A stretch of DNA of 61,559 bases, counting the filler, from Asterionella formosa (Eukaryota), in assembly GCA_002256025.1 (NCBI GenBank). It is 9 parts of 9 records of this genome, joined end to end, with 100 filler letters (N's around TTAATTAATTAA, not from the genome) between each part and the next. Parts side by side here need not be neighbours in the genome. Positions count along the whole stretch, not along the records: positions 41,125 to 47,874 come from NKIB01012621.1; positions 47,975 to 54,716 come from NKIB01012622.1; positions 54,817 to 61,559 come from NKIB01012623.1; 6 more parts are not named here. One strand, given 5' to 3'. Shown in pieces: positions 45,831-57,977 of this stretch. Made by a program: the position numbers and the translations under genes. The first letter of the stretch is position 1. Each line of letters starts with the position of its first letter. The notes below the pieces were generated by a model. It searched no databases. It was given only the letters and a program-made list of their open reading frames with translations, and had not been told where the DNA came from.

Positions 45831-47874
45831 TGTTGAAATAGTCCGTACTCCTTCCCGCGGGTTGGGTCTCTCTTCACGTAGACTCTTACGTGATTGTAGT
45901 ACTACCTAGTACCACTCACTTTCTCTCTTGTCTCTGCTTCTAGCCTTTCTGCTAGATAGACTAATTGACCTTCCTGTCAATTAACACACTGTTTCCTCGG
46001 TTGATAATCTAAATCTCAAATTAAATTATAAGCTAAACTAAATGTTTCCTTTCCATGCATCTTTGCTTCCTGCAAAGTCATTCTAAGACTCTCTTCGAGT
46101 TTCCACTTAACATTTCCTTAGAAATCTTCAATCTCTGATCTCGTTAGACAGCTGATTGACGTGGCAATGCAATATTCGACTCGTTCGATTACAATCGAGT
46201 CCACAATCCTTGTGACTCGGGCTAATATTCTTGACATCCTCCCCATTGCCACGCTCAAGAGGCTGTAACATCGTTCCACTCTGAACTGGTTCAGACAATC
46301 TCGTATGTATCTGTTCCTTCATGTTCTTGGTCATAATGTCCGCAAAATTATCTTCCGACCTTATAAAAATGACTTCCAATTCTTCATCCTCAATCATGTC
46401 CTTTACATGATGATACTTAATATCAATATGTTTTGTCCTGGTTCCGATTTGCTGATTCTTCGCGATAAAAATAGCTCCTGTATTGTCTTCTCGCAGTAAC
46501 CTCATTCAGTAGCATTGCTATAAACTTGATCTCTTGTCCACACTGGGACATCGCCACATACTCGGCTTCCGTGCTGGACAGCGTAACCGTTTGTTGTCCC
46601 TTCGACTGCCAACTGATAAGTGCCCCACCAATAGTAACAAGATAGCCAGTCGTGCTCTTCCTGTTAACCTTATTAGCAGCCCAGTCACTGTCCACGTAGG
46701 CAATGACTCTTAACTCTTTTGGCTTACGCAACTTGAGAACTCTATCCTCCATATTGGATAGGTAACCAATGACTCTTGCCACTGCATGCCATTGTTCTTC
46801 ACCTGGGCAACTTAAATGAGCCGATAGTTCCCGAACCGCATTCGCACAGTCCGGCGAATCCTTCTTTGTAGACCATAGTAACTTGCCCACAATTTTTCGA
46901 TATTCTCCTTCCATAATGACTTCACCGTCATTCTTGTTCAATGTCTTTCCTGGTACGCCCGGCGTTGCGTACGACTTAATTTTCATACCGGTCAACTTCT
47001 CGTATTCGCGTAGAAGTTGCATACGAAATTTCTGCATTTGCACCTCCCAGTATTCACCATACTTGTCCTCTTTCCAAGCATATTCCACTCCTAGGTGTTT
47101 CTGTAGAATACCCTGCTCGGTAATATTGAAATCTTCCTTGATAACATTTTTCATATACTCCACTGCACTTGGAGTCCCACATACAATACCGTCATCCACG
47201 TAATTAACAAGTAGACCATCAATTTGTCCATCCTTGTTCCGGTGCATAAATAACATAGGGTCGATCTTGCTCTTCGTCATACCTGGTTTATTGGTGACAC
47301 ATTTCGCAAACGTCCTGGACCAGCATCGTGGAGCTTGTACTATCCCGTACATAGCCTTCACAAGCTTGCAAACATGTGTATCGGAATCGACTCCGATCAA
47401 ACCTTGAGGGGGCTCAATATAAATGTCCTCATCGACGTCAGCATTTAGAAATGCTGCTTCCACATCAATAGCCTCCGCTCGCCAACCGTTGTACATCGTC
47501 ACTGCGAGTACCGTTTTGATTGTCGCATCGCTTGCAACTGGAGCAAATGTCTCAGTAAAATCGACACCTGGGATTTGCTCATATCCCTTCACGACCAATC
47601 TTGCCTTGTAAATGGTCTTCCCGGTTAACACATCTTCTTTAATTCGAAACACCCATCTCGTTTTTAGTGTTCGCTTCTTAACAGTATCACGTTTGATAAC
47701 TTTCCACACTCCTCTCGACTGGAAGTTTTCATATTCTTTGTTGATCGCCTTGATCCACTCTTTCTTGTCTGGTCTTGCCATTGCTTCATCGTAGCTTGTT
47801 GGTAATCCTGGATCAGAAGCCAGACTTGCGTTGTACACAAAATTCACCTGTGTATTCTTCGTAATTTCCTTCAT
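45831..47874 (-). mobile_element. 3' part of a second Copia lineage: RT-RNase H (frameshifted), PPT and 3' LTR
   Basis: YKARLVVKGYEQIPGVDF, IDVEAAFL, YVDD, YVDSDWA, SSTEAEY, then shifted EDNTGAI..RTKHIDIKYH..ADIMTK. PPT GGGGAGGA, then LTR TGTCAA...TTCAACA at 46236-45831. Confidence 0.92.
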
Positions 47875-47974
47875 NNNNNNNNNNNNNNNNNNNNNNNNNN
47901 NNNNNNNNNNNNNNNNNNTTAATTAATTAANNNNNNNNNNNNNNNNNNNNNNNNNNNNNNNNNNNNNNNNNNNN
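47875..47974. other. Artificial contig linker
   Basis: N44-TTAATTAATTAA-N44. Confidence 0.99.
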
Positions 47975-48623
47975 AACAATCTGTAAAGACCGAATCGTAT
48001 GCAGGATTACCAGATCTAAGTAGAGCAGGATGACCCTTGTGGGTACTGCATCCCTTATACCACTCATCAAAGGGCATATCACGACAGTCTTGACAAGCCT
48101 GTATGTAGTTACCAGTTTGATTGTGAGCCTTATGAATGCACCATACTGCCGTACGAAATCCCTTACGCTTTTCAGGGGCATTCCAATCCCCACGACATTT
48201 TATAAGATGCCCCATGACATCGTAAACTTCCTTTCCACCAAGATCCAATAATGTCATACTTGGTGCATTGTATTTCCACCATACATACATTACAAGGGAT
48301 TCTACCTTCATCGATGGACAGTTTGCAGGACATTTGTCCCTAAGCATCAACAGTGACTCATAATCACCAATCAACTTGAAGAATTTTGTAAGACCACGAA
48401 AGTGAACCTCATAGCTTAGCTCTGTACGATACCGGAGTGCACTTGTACCAGTCAATTTTGCCAAGCGTCGGTCAACAGATGTCTTTTTCAATTTGTCCAA
48501 AGCATTCAGAATTCCTTGGGCTACTTTATCTTCAATATCTGCTGTTGTATCCTTGGCATATAAGACATCCCGAGGTAGATTGGCAAGCTTTTTAGTCTCA
48601 CCGCGTGTATTCTTCTTACTCAT
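47975..48623 (-). CDS. N-terminal part of a probable tyrosine recombinase (Crypton-like) with Cys/His insertion, 3' truncated
   Basis: TELSYEVHFRGLTKFF...LVMYVWWK...RTAVWCIHKAH...CQDC...GCSTH...GNP resembles a core-binding domain ending in NP. The catalytic domain would lie beyond the gap. Confidence 0.5.
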
Positions 48624-48770
48624 TCTGACAATTCAAGTATATGGATGCGAAATTGGCAAGTTAAGTGAACAAATTATTCATCAAATGTTGGCGGGCTGTA
48701 ATTTTTAGGATCACATGTATTCCTATACAGTTATGTATATTTATATAGTTGCACGGATTTGATATAGTCT

Positions 48771-48841
48771 GGTGCAATTCAGGTTACTCTAAGTAAAGTG
48801 GTGCAATTGGTGGTGCAATTGTGGTGCAACGGTGGTGCAAA
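48771..48841. repeat. Five GGTGCAA direct repeats upstream of the Crypton-like ORF
   Basis: ggtgcaattc...gtggtgcaattggtggtgcaattgtggtgcaacggtggtgcaaa. Confidence 0.8.
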
Positions 48842-49529
48842 TGCCAATGGGCAGTTGAATTTACGAATAGTTTTTCCAGTTTCATCCCGTTTTGGGAAAA
48901 GTCCCGGTATACATCAAAGATATATGTACATTGACTACGATTATATGTTAGACGGTACCAGGTACCTGTCTTGTGTTTGCCGGTATAACATGATTATATT
49001 ACGACAGGTACCAGTAGTAGGTGGGTGTGATGGCAGTGAAGGGTTGAAATGGTGACATCACACACTGAGCAAAATTGCTACTTTAACCAAAACGGTCCTA
49101 CTTTAAGCAAAATCAATGGAAGCAAATGGCAGAATAAGCAAAACAGATTGGTCTCAATATTTTAGGCTTAAAATAAAATCAATCTAAATATAATTCGGAA
49201 CAACAAGCCGGCCGGTTGATTAATCAAACGGCCGTCAAAGAGATACACATGTATCAACTTCAAAGTGGAATCACCATATTGCCGGGACGACGACGTACAT
49301 AGTACTATAAGCAAAATTACCGGAACTTGCTGGTACCAGGGTACCTGGTACCTCGGAGTCTACCTGGCACTATGACTTTCAGGAAAACTTAAGGAAACTT
49401 CAGGAAATGTCAGGAAACGTAATGAAATGCGTAAGGAAATTTCAGGAAATGCATGGAATTTCCTGAAGTCTCCAAAATTAGTCTTTTCTGGCCAAAGTGA
49501 AAAACCGTATACCTTCGATCTCGATTTAA

Positions 49530-50755
49530 GGTTGCTGCATTTGAACCCCTAGCTCGAGGTAGGGTTAAAAAAAAATATTCAGTCAGACTAATCAAACACA
49601 TACTTTTCATATTCAAATTAAATATGTATAACGCTCAACGGAGCTTTCACCAATACACACCCTTTCCATATGCTTAAATACAGTCTTCGGACAAAGTAGG
49701 GGTGTAGGTCCACTCTATATATCGTCAGTATATAGGATCTGGTCAGAAACTGCAGAAAGGAACTTCGGTTTTTTAACTAGGCTAAAAACACTCGAAATTT
49801 CGGGGGAAATCTGTTTATTTGGCATAGTAAAAAAACCGAAGTTCCTTTCTACAGTTTCTCGCCAGAAGTTATATACTGATGCTATTTGAAAGTTACCGAT
49901 GTATCTAAATCGCCGTCAGACCCAGCCAATGTTTAGCTATCGTCGTCCAAAAACTCGACAAAATCGGCCTTTTCTACGGTCGCCAAAATATCGGAATCAG
50001 AATTATTAAGTGCCGAAACGTCATCATCGGAATAGTAGTCGTGTGCCGGAATTTTTAGTCCTAAAATCTCCTGTCCAAATAATTCCATTGTAAGTGCCCG
50101 CTTCCACATATATAATATGATTGGTGAACATGAATTGCATTCCTCTGTTTGATTGGCCTGGTTTGCGAGGTCGTGCAAACCCACGCTGGCCACATTGGAT
50201 TAACATGTAACATTTTCTTGGGTGTACTGACAGTCCGGTGCTATATTCACGACGGGTACCAGTAGATGATCATCATTGGACATACTGGTACGCGTACCGC
50301 TCCTTGGGTGCACTTTCAAATATTTGCCGAGCCGCCGGGTCGTATACATGACCCATATTCGTCGATAGGATATACATTGTAGTACTGGTGTCTGCACATG
50401 AAGCGATGTAGAACCTAAATATATATTTATATATGCATATATTAAACGATTTGAATGTGTCGAACGGATTCAATGCATAGCATATAAAATCGTTAATCGG
50501 AGTATAGAGTGTCCATGCATAAATGTTGATCGTATTTTTAGCATATATATACATTCAGCGACTAAGAGTGTCAATATATATATTTAGCGATTTTGACAAG
50601 GAATCTATGTACGTATTCGCAAATTTCCACTGATTCAAATATTTCAAATGGAATCACTTGATTCAAAAAAAGCTGATTAAATTCTTAATTCCAGGGAATT
50701 TTCGCAACCCTAAGCAATATTTTAATTTTTGCCTAGGGGTTCAAATGCAGCAACC
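49530..50755. mobile_element. Non-autonomous Kolobok-like DNA transposon (1226 bp)
   Basis: Perfect 23-bp TIRs GGTTGCTGCATTTGAACCCCTAG. TTAA on both sides (49526-49529, 50756-50759). GG...CC termini. Confidence 0.82.
49725..49879. repeat. Long imperfect inverted repeat (hairpin) inside the Kolobok-like element
   Basis: AGAAACTGCAGAAAGGAACTTCGGTTTTTT pairs with AAAAAACCGAAGTTCCTTTCTACAGTTTCT. Outer TCAGTATATA pairs with TATATACTGA. Confidence 0.9.
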
Positions 50756-51147
50756 TTAATGTATCGGGTACCCTATCGGTAATAGTTAGGATCATTTTTG
50801 AAATCCGGTACCTAGTGGTGTTACTAACTATTATATATATATATTTAGTCTGTAGTTTGTATGCATGGCTTTGGTGCAATTTTTGGGGTCTCGAGGTAGA
50901 CACCGTACATAGGAATAGTATAAGCAAAAACCCTGACCCTACTGTATATAATATTTTTCGCCTAAAAACCCTTGCTACAATCACTTTGACCATGTCGGTA
51001 TTATTCTGTTGGTTTACTCAACAATTTTACAACCTCCCGTGCCGCTTGATTTATCTTTATAACCGTCATGATCAGCGCTATCAGTAAATGTATCAAGCGG
51101 CGCGGGAGCACACGATTTCGTTTATATACCGAGTAAGAAACAAAAAT

Positions 51148-51770
51148 TTCCATGGGGTCATTTAACTCTATATTACATACCAGTATAAATTGGCTAAAAC
51201 TTCGACCTTCTCCTACATACTGCCTGACGATGATTATTACAAACCAGCCGCCACCCTGGTACCAGGTACCAGGTACCATCGGTATTTTTCGAATAAATGT
51301 ACCTGTTGCACTGATATCGGTGTACAATGGATACAATGTAAAGTAATAGCTCGTAATTTCTCAAAATGTCCTCATTTGTCATGAAACGTTTAAATACATT
51401 TTTCCATCGGGGTCATTTAACTCTATATTACATATCGTTAAAAATTGGCTAAAACTTTGACCTTCCCCTAGATACTGCCTGACGATGATTCTTACAAACC
51501 AGCCGCCACCCTGGTACCAGGTACCATCGGTATTTTTCGAATAAATGCACCTGTTGCACTGATATCGGTGTACAATGGATACAATGGATACAATGTATAG
51601 TAATGGCTCGTAATTTCTTAAAATGTCGACATTAGTCATGAAACGTTTTAATACAAGATCCATCCTTTATTCCATATAAGTTTATCTACAGAATATTTTA
51701 AGCTCGTTATTTCTCAAAATGTCTTCATCAGTCATGAAACGTTTTCATAGAAGATCCATCCTGTATTCCA
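51148..51770. repeat. Tandem duplication with about 255-bp period plus partial third copy
   Basis: GGGGTCATTTAACTCTATATTACATA at 51154 and 51409. The GCTCGT..TTTCT.AAAATGTC...TCATGAAACGTTT segment occurs three times. Confidence 0.92.
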
Positions 51771-52069
51771 TCTAATATAAATATTCATAAAAATATGCGT
51801 AAATAACAAAAATATTCCATATATATATATGTACAAATAAGCCCTTTCATCACCACATATTCCTTTCATGGTATATAATGTAGCGCGCACAAACATAGAT
51901 TATGGACAAAGTTCCGGCATGGTGATGACTGAATGAATTTGGTCCTTGCACGTAGAATTCAATAAAAGATGGTACAGACTCATGCATTACAAACACTTCA
52001 CAAAGAAGAAAAGGGGTTTCACCTCACATGCCATAAAACAATCTACTAATCAACGAGAACAAATCAAAC

Positions 52070-53509
52070 ATGGGGGTGCGTCTTTCTTCGTTCACGGGGA
52101 ATGCAAATAGAGGTACACCTGATCTTGAACAAGGAACAACAACTGTTACAGACGAAAGTCTTTCTTCGTTAACGGGGAATGCAAATAGAGGTACACCTGA
52201 TCTTGAACAAGGAACAACAACTGTTACAGACGAAAGTGTGATTGTCGTTTTGAGTGAATGGGTTGTTGAAGATTTAGACTCTAACAACCCTGACGAAAAA
52301 TGGAGTTCAAATTTAGACTCTAACACATTCTGGAGCAAAAAGCTTGAGCTACTTCAAAAATGTAAATTGGCTGAATGCGATGAAAAAATCAAAAAACACG
52401 AACCATTTCTGAAATACGACATAATGGCTTCAAATATATATCATACCATTTTTAAAGATGGTGGACGGTTCTATAAAGTTTTGGCCCTATCCAACGAAAA
52501 TTTGGGATGGCAGCTCACCACGATGACGGCTAATGAGGCTGAAAATTATATCCAGACTCCTTTAGAAGAAGCACTCAAGAATGAGTGGATAGGTTACATT
52601 AAAAATCATCATCATTTCGGCCTGGTGACCTTAGTTAGTTATCATAAAACAACTGGTGGCATGTTTGGTGGTGGAGTGGGGTTGAACCAAACCAATAATC
52701 CCGGCAACCCTGCTTTTATATTTTCCAGATTCTTGCTTTCTCTTATACTCATCATCCAGATTTTTGTTCCATTGGGGGTGGTTTACAATATTTTTGAAGA
52801 AAATGGTGATCAATTCAAAAATTGTAAAGGAGAAGCAACCTTGATTCAGAAATTATTTGCTTTTGCTGTTGCTGTCATTTTCTTTGCAAAGCTCGCTTTG
52901 CTTGGAATCCAAAAACACAAAGAATTAAAAGGGGAAAAATGTCTACTGCCTCAAACTGGAATCAATAAATGGCTTCAGAAAAGTTTGATTGCTGACCAAA
53001 TATTTTACTTTGGATATGTGCCTTTCATTTACCTGGTCAATCTAGTCAATGCTTTCATCGAGCCAGACTCTTATACCATTATTATAAATGCATTGGCATT
53101 ACAATTTATTATTGAACTGAGCAATGTGGCAAAAGACATGTTTGTCAATGCATTCCCGCCTGACATTGATTATTACTGGGAATTGAAATCTTCTAATGAA
53201 AGCAACATTGCTGACTCTATTCCAAACCCTGACATGCCAATCTCTGATGGCAGAAGCAATGCGGCCTCCTCTAATAGTGACAGCCTACAGTGGCCCATTT
53301 TCCACTTTCTTTACAGCAAGGTAGAGAGATTTTTTGAAATGGTTAAAAAACAGGTGCATACCCTTATCAGGAAAAGGAATGTGGAAGAAAAGAAAAAATT
53401 ACTTCTCATGTGGAACATCATAGCCACTGTTCTTTCTTGCGTTTTCGTGGTTTTCTGTTTTTTCTATTTTCCATTTTGCAAGCACAGTTCACAAACTGGA
53501 TCAACCTGA
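52070..53509 (+). CDS. Multi-pass membrane protein of unknown function, AT-rich, with N-terminal 26-aa duplication
   Basis: 479-aa intronless ORF with about 5 hydrophobic segments and the motif IIINALALQFIIELS. Confidence 0.8.
   Translation: MGVRLSSFTGNANRGTPDLEQGTTTVTDESLSSLTGNANRGTPDLEQGTTTVTDESVIVVLSEWVVEDLDSNNPDEKWSSNLDSNTFWSKKLELLQKCKLAECDEKIKKHEPFLKYDIMASNIYHTIFKDGGRFYKVLALSNENLGWQLTTMTANEAENYIQTPLEEALKNEWIGYIKNHHHFGLVTLVSYHKTTGGMFGGGVGLNQTNNPGNPAFIFSRFLLSLILIIQIFVPLGVVYNIFEENGDQFKNCKGEATLIQKLFAFAVAVIFFAKLALLGIQKHKELKGEKCLLPQTGINKWLQKSLIADQIFYFGYVPFIYLVNLVNAFIEPDSYTIIINALALQFIIELSNVAKDMFVNAFPPDIDYYWELKSSNESNIADSIPNPDMPISDGRSNAASSNSDSLQWPIFHFLYSKVERFFEMVKKQVHTLIRKRNVEEKKKLLLMWNIIATVLSCVFVVFCFFYFPFCKHSSQTGST
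52080..52237. repeat. In-frame 78-bp tandem duplication
   Basis: Near-identical units at 52080 and 52158 encoding SSxTGNANRGTPDLEQGTTTVTDES. Confidence 0.95.
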
Positions 53510-53841
53510 ATGATAGGGTAAGGGTAAAGGCTAGGGTTAAACCAAAAAATCGAAAATATTCATAAAGAATTATTAAGCAAATACCGTAGTAACGGAGAGG
53601 AATTAAACACACATGTAAACTTTGATCATTTATATAGAAAAGCATTTTGTCTGTTGATAATGACATAAACAACAACGTTGTGAATGAAAAATGTGTTAGA
53701 CATAACACTTTTTCTTTTTTATCGACTGCCCCAAAATTATCGCAGTATAACTTCTTTTTTGTTATTGATCATACAGATAAAGCTATTGATCAATATCTTT
53801 TTGCGCATTTGACCATAAACATATATGTAATTGATCACACA

Positions 53842-53862
53842 ACACACACACACACACACACA
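53842..53862. repeat. (AC)n microsatellite
   Basis: About 10 AC units. Confidence 0.9.
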
Positions 53863-54716
53863 TCTTTTCCATTCTGTATCCTTTAAAATAATCGAGTACA
53901 CTTCCCGTAGCGATGATCGTTTGGATTGATTGCTTTGATATGTTCTCTTCAAGAGTAAATGAAAACGAAAGCGAAATAGTTGATGTTACATTCAAAATTC
54001 TTCCATTAGCTAGATAAGAATGACAGAAACTCGCATGCTCCAATGTCGTCTGCAAAAAAAACTATCATATTTCCATGATGCATCATAGGATTGTGATCAT
54101 CTGATCATAATTTTTCGTTATATCATCTAATAATTTTGATAAATGCTTTTGTATTTTAAATAGTAACCCTTTTGACTACAAATATTTAATTATTATATTC
54201 ATTGTTTCTATTTGATTCCTGTATTCGAATTTCTTGGTAGGATAATGTACCAGTTCAAGTAATGTAATTTGGCTCGTCATTTCCATCCGCCCCTCATCAC
54301 TCCGATTTTTGCAACAACAACGAAATACTAGCGATGACAAGCGGAATGAATGTTTGCGATAACGTCTTCAATTTGTTGGTCAAGTGATCTTTATATCTTC
54401 GAGTAATCGTCATGTGCAGTGAACCTTTGTTCATAATCATTCAATTCAGAGTTTACAGGAGAGAAGAAACCATTCGAACTCGTAATGTTTCCGCACACAG
54501 CGCACAAAGTATATCCGTTTCGTCCACTTCAGCATAACAATCTCGCCAATCAACCCGTAAACAAACACATTCTACCGGTACTTGTTCTCGTTGACATTTT
54601 CAATTCTCACATGATACTACATCTACTATTGAGATTCAGCATAGAAAGAGATACGAAAATGTGCGTAACAGACTACTGTCCACATAGCTATAGTTATAGA
54701 ATGATTCTGATTAGAA

Positions 54717-54816
54717 NNNNNNNNNNNNNNNNNNNNNNNNNNNNNNNNNNNNNNNNNNNNTTAATTAATTAANNNNNNNNNNNNNNNNNNNNNNNNNNNN
54801 NNNNNNNNNNNNNNNN
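54717..54816. other. Artificial contig linker
   Basis: N44-TTAATTAATTAA-N44. Confidence 0.99.
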
Positions 54817-55959
54817 GTGATCACATAATATAGTGATGATCAGGAATGCATGCATGATACTTTGATCAAATATTTAACGTGATGTATTCAGATAATATAT
54901 AGATATATTCAACTACGTATTTTGATGTATTCAACTAATTCATGTAATGCATTCAAAATCAACTAGGCTTATTTATGTGATGGTCACTTCACGTAATACG
55001 CGGCTTAGATGTGAATGTCGCCAGTGTTGCACATCCAAGATTAACAACCAGTCTTTTGAATCAGGAAAATGGTGAAACAAAATTCCAATACTTTGAGTAG
55101 TAGTGCTATGTAAAAGCATGTTATATGCAAAGGGAGAATTATATTCTTGTGATGAAGAGAATAGAGAATCAAAGTAATAAGTAAACTTACAAGAATCAAG
55201 GATGGATGGTATGGAATCGTCAACCTATCAATCATCTTGTGGCGCCTTGACTTCATCAATGAAAAATGCAGGATGGCGAATAAAAGCAGGGGTGGTGGTA
55301 ATCTTGACCCCATAGTGCCAGCGATTAAACTGTGCTACCAAGAGAAAATTAAGAAAAGAAAAATTCGATGAAAAATTTGAGATAACGTTTTGAGAGTAAT
55401 AAATCAAAGTAATTTGAAAGTTTGCAAGATGGGCATGCTGTTGACATTGTATAAGAAGTTGATGAAGCAACAAAACAAGAATAGACAACAAAATATTGGC
55501 AAATTGCAATTGACGAGCTGATAGCAACTAAATGACATACCATTGTGGTGCCATGGATTTCTAATACAGTTTCATGTAAGCGCAATGGAACAGAAAAAAA
55601 AGAAATTATCATCAATAATTTTTTGTTTGTAGCAGAATAATATTGAATGTATGTTTCTTTGAATTATGTATGAATTTTTTATCAATTTAGTGACCTCCTA
55701 GCTACTACTATATGAAATATGGCAGAGTAATCATGAATGTACGTTTCTTTGATTTATGTATCCATTAAGTGACCTACTGTCATTTGAATTAAAGAACTAT
55801 ATACTAGCTAGGAGTGGCTTTAGTTTTCTGTAGAGTGTGATCCAACCCAAACCTGTATCATTCACTGGATGTGATAAAAACTAACATCCAACATTTTCAT
55901 TGGAAGCATAGTGACAAATTGTATCTCATCACTGCATCGAGACAGTGTGCTCCACCAAT

Positions 55960-56600
55960 ATTTCCATCATATTATGTGCCATGTTATTATGACGACATGC
56001 AACTGCTTACAATCGAAGAATCATTCCATTGACACTCTTGTCCTTCTTGACACAATCAGGATATTGCTCAACTAAGAAATTCACAACATCAAGTGGTGCA
56101 CCCAAAACACATGCAGACTCAAAGGAAGAGCTCCATCGCAATGATCCTTTTACTTGACAGAATAAGGATATTGCTCAACTAAGAATTTCACAACATCATC
56201 TAGTAATGCCTTCTCCCCACACGCACAATGCAAAGGAAGTATTCTAAAATTGCCCCTTTCTTTGACAGAAGCAGAACATTGCTCAAATAAGACTTTCGCA
56301 ACAATGAGTGGTGCCATTTTCTCACATGCAACATGTATAGGAAGCATTCCATACTTCTTAATTTCTTTTACAGAATCAGGATATTTCTCAACTAGGAATT
56401 TCACAACATTGAGTGGTGCCAGATTATGGCATGTAAGATGCAAAAGAAGCCTGCCGCAAATATCCTTTTCTTTGGGAGAATCAGGATATTGTTGGACCAA
56501 GAATTCCAAAACATTGAGTTGTGCCTGATGTACATAGCCTCATAGTAATACTCCTTTCAAGTGCATATAGTACGTACCAGTAATTGATGGCGAATAAATA
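55960..56600 (-). pseudogene. Decayed diatom-type ankyrin-repeat gene
   Basis: Repeats LPxHxAC...APLxVVKFLVEQYPDSVKE with stops and frameshifts on both sides of the 56150-56509 ORF. Confidence 0.82.
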
Positions 56601-57977
56601 TTTCAGAATATCATGATTTTTCCTGTAGAACATGAATTTGTTTCTACAGAATTCCATGATGTCCTCCTTGCAGACCACCAAATATTCTTCAGCATGTGGA
56701 ATCCACGAACTACTCCATTTTACAGGATTTTTTCAGTCAACCTATCATGCATGGCTGCATTCGTCCTGATCATCACTATATTACGTAATCACCTTCACGA
56801 AATTATTTGAAATACATCAAGTAATTATTTGAAGCACTTCACGTAATTCTGTAATTTAGTTCACATTGCCTTGTAATTTCGTTGACGTAATTCTAGAATA
56901 TAGTTCACTTAATATATAAAATTTGTTCACGTAATTTTCTTGAGTTCATTCAACTAAGGTTGTTCAACTAATTATCTGAAGGCCATTCCACTATTTTAAG
57001 AACACCGGTAGCTAAAGTTTGCTTAAGAAGTATCAGTATCAGTCTCTAATGTGCTTTAGGCTTCTGGATTGGTAACTTGAATGGACCTTCAGCACCTATT
57101 TGGCAAACAATACCATCCTCGTCAGCAGACATGATTCTACTAGCTAGTAGCTAGCTGGTAGTACAGTTACCTAGTACTGGCGATAGTAACCTACATTACA
57201 TGAAAACTGGAAAGAGTGAGCATTTTTACCGGAAAAGCGTGAGTTCTTTACGCGATGTGTACAACCGTAAAACTTTGATCTCAGATGCATGACATAAGAC
57301 ACCACAAATATCCTTACTATTTCACAAAGGAAGAGGCATGTCGTAAATGAATTATTTGAAACATCAACTAATTCAGTCTCAAGTTCAAAGTTTTTCTTCA
57401 CATGAAACCGTTAAAAGTAACCTTTTCTACTTAGAAGAGTAGCATTAATTCTTGTGAAGTACTACATAATTAACACTCCTACATAGAACAACTTTCGAAA
57501 AGTGCTGTATTTCATGGCTTAAATGCCTCTTGACCTCTTCTTTTCTTGAGCTTCCTTCACTGAGCTGTCATTCTTTCAAGGATATCATGATTCCTGATCC
57601 ACAATGATGGGTGAATTTAATTGGAAAGGCATTAAACAATGGCACCTTTTCCAATTGTCAATTTTCATTTTCGAATCATCCTGCAGACATGCCGACACAG
57701 ACACAGAAAAAGTTGAGATAATTTTGACAGTCAGGCTTCTTATGAATCTGAATTTATGTTTGAACCTAACATAGGATCTTATTGCCTTGCATATTTCCAG
57801 AGTCCTTCAGTTCTGTACATACATATAAAGAGAACAATTTCAGAAATGAAATATTCGATGAAATGAACAATGGCAATGGATTGAACATTCAGACTGAATC
57901 CAGTCTACTAGACTGAATTCAGCCTAGCCGGAAAGTATCCGATCTACAAAAAAATTTAATTTTCACAATTTGTTGTT

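Noticed and set aside
46423..46520. Programmed frameshift between RT and RNase H of the second Copia
   Set aside because: The shift falls inside RNase H where several residues appear to be missing and no slippery site is evident, so a small deletion explains it better.
53512..53540. Telomeric repeats (also near 44481 and 44605)
   Set aside because: Only 2-4 degenerate TAGGGT-like units, which is not enough to call a telomere or healing site.
6604..54772. ORFs containing X runs or ending in LIN, and multi-gene clusters across gaps
   Set aside because: These are produced by the artificial N-TTAATTAATTAA-N linkers.
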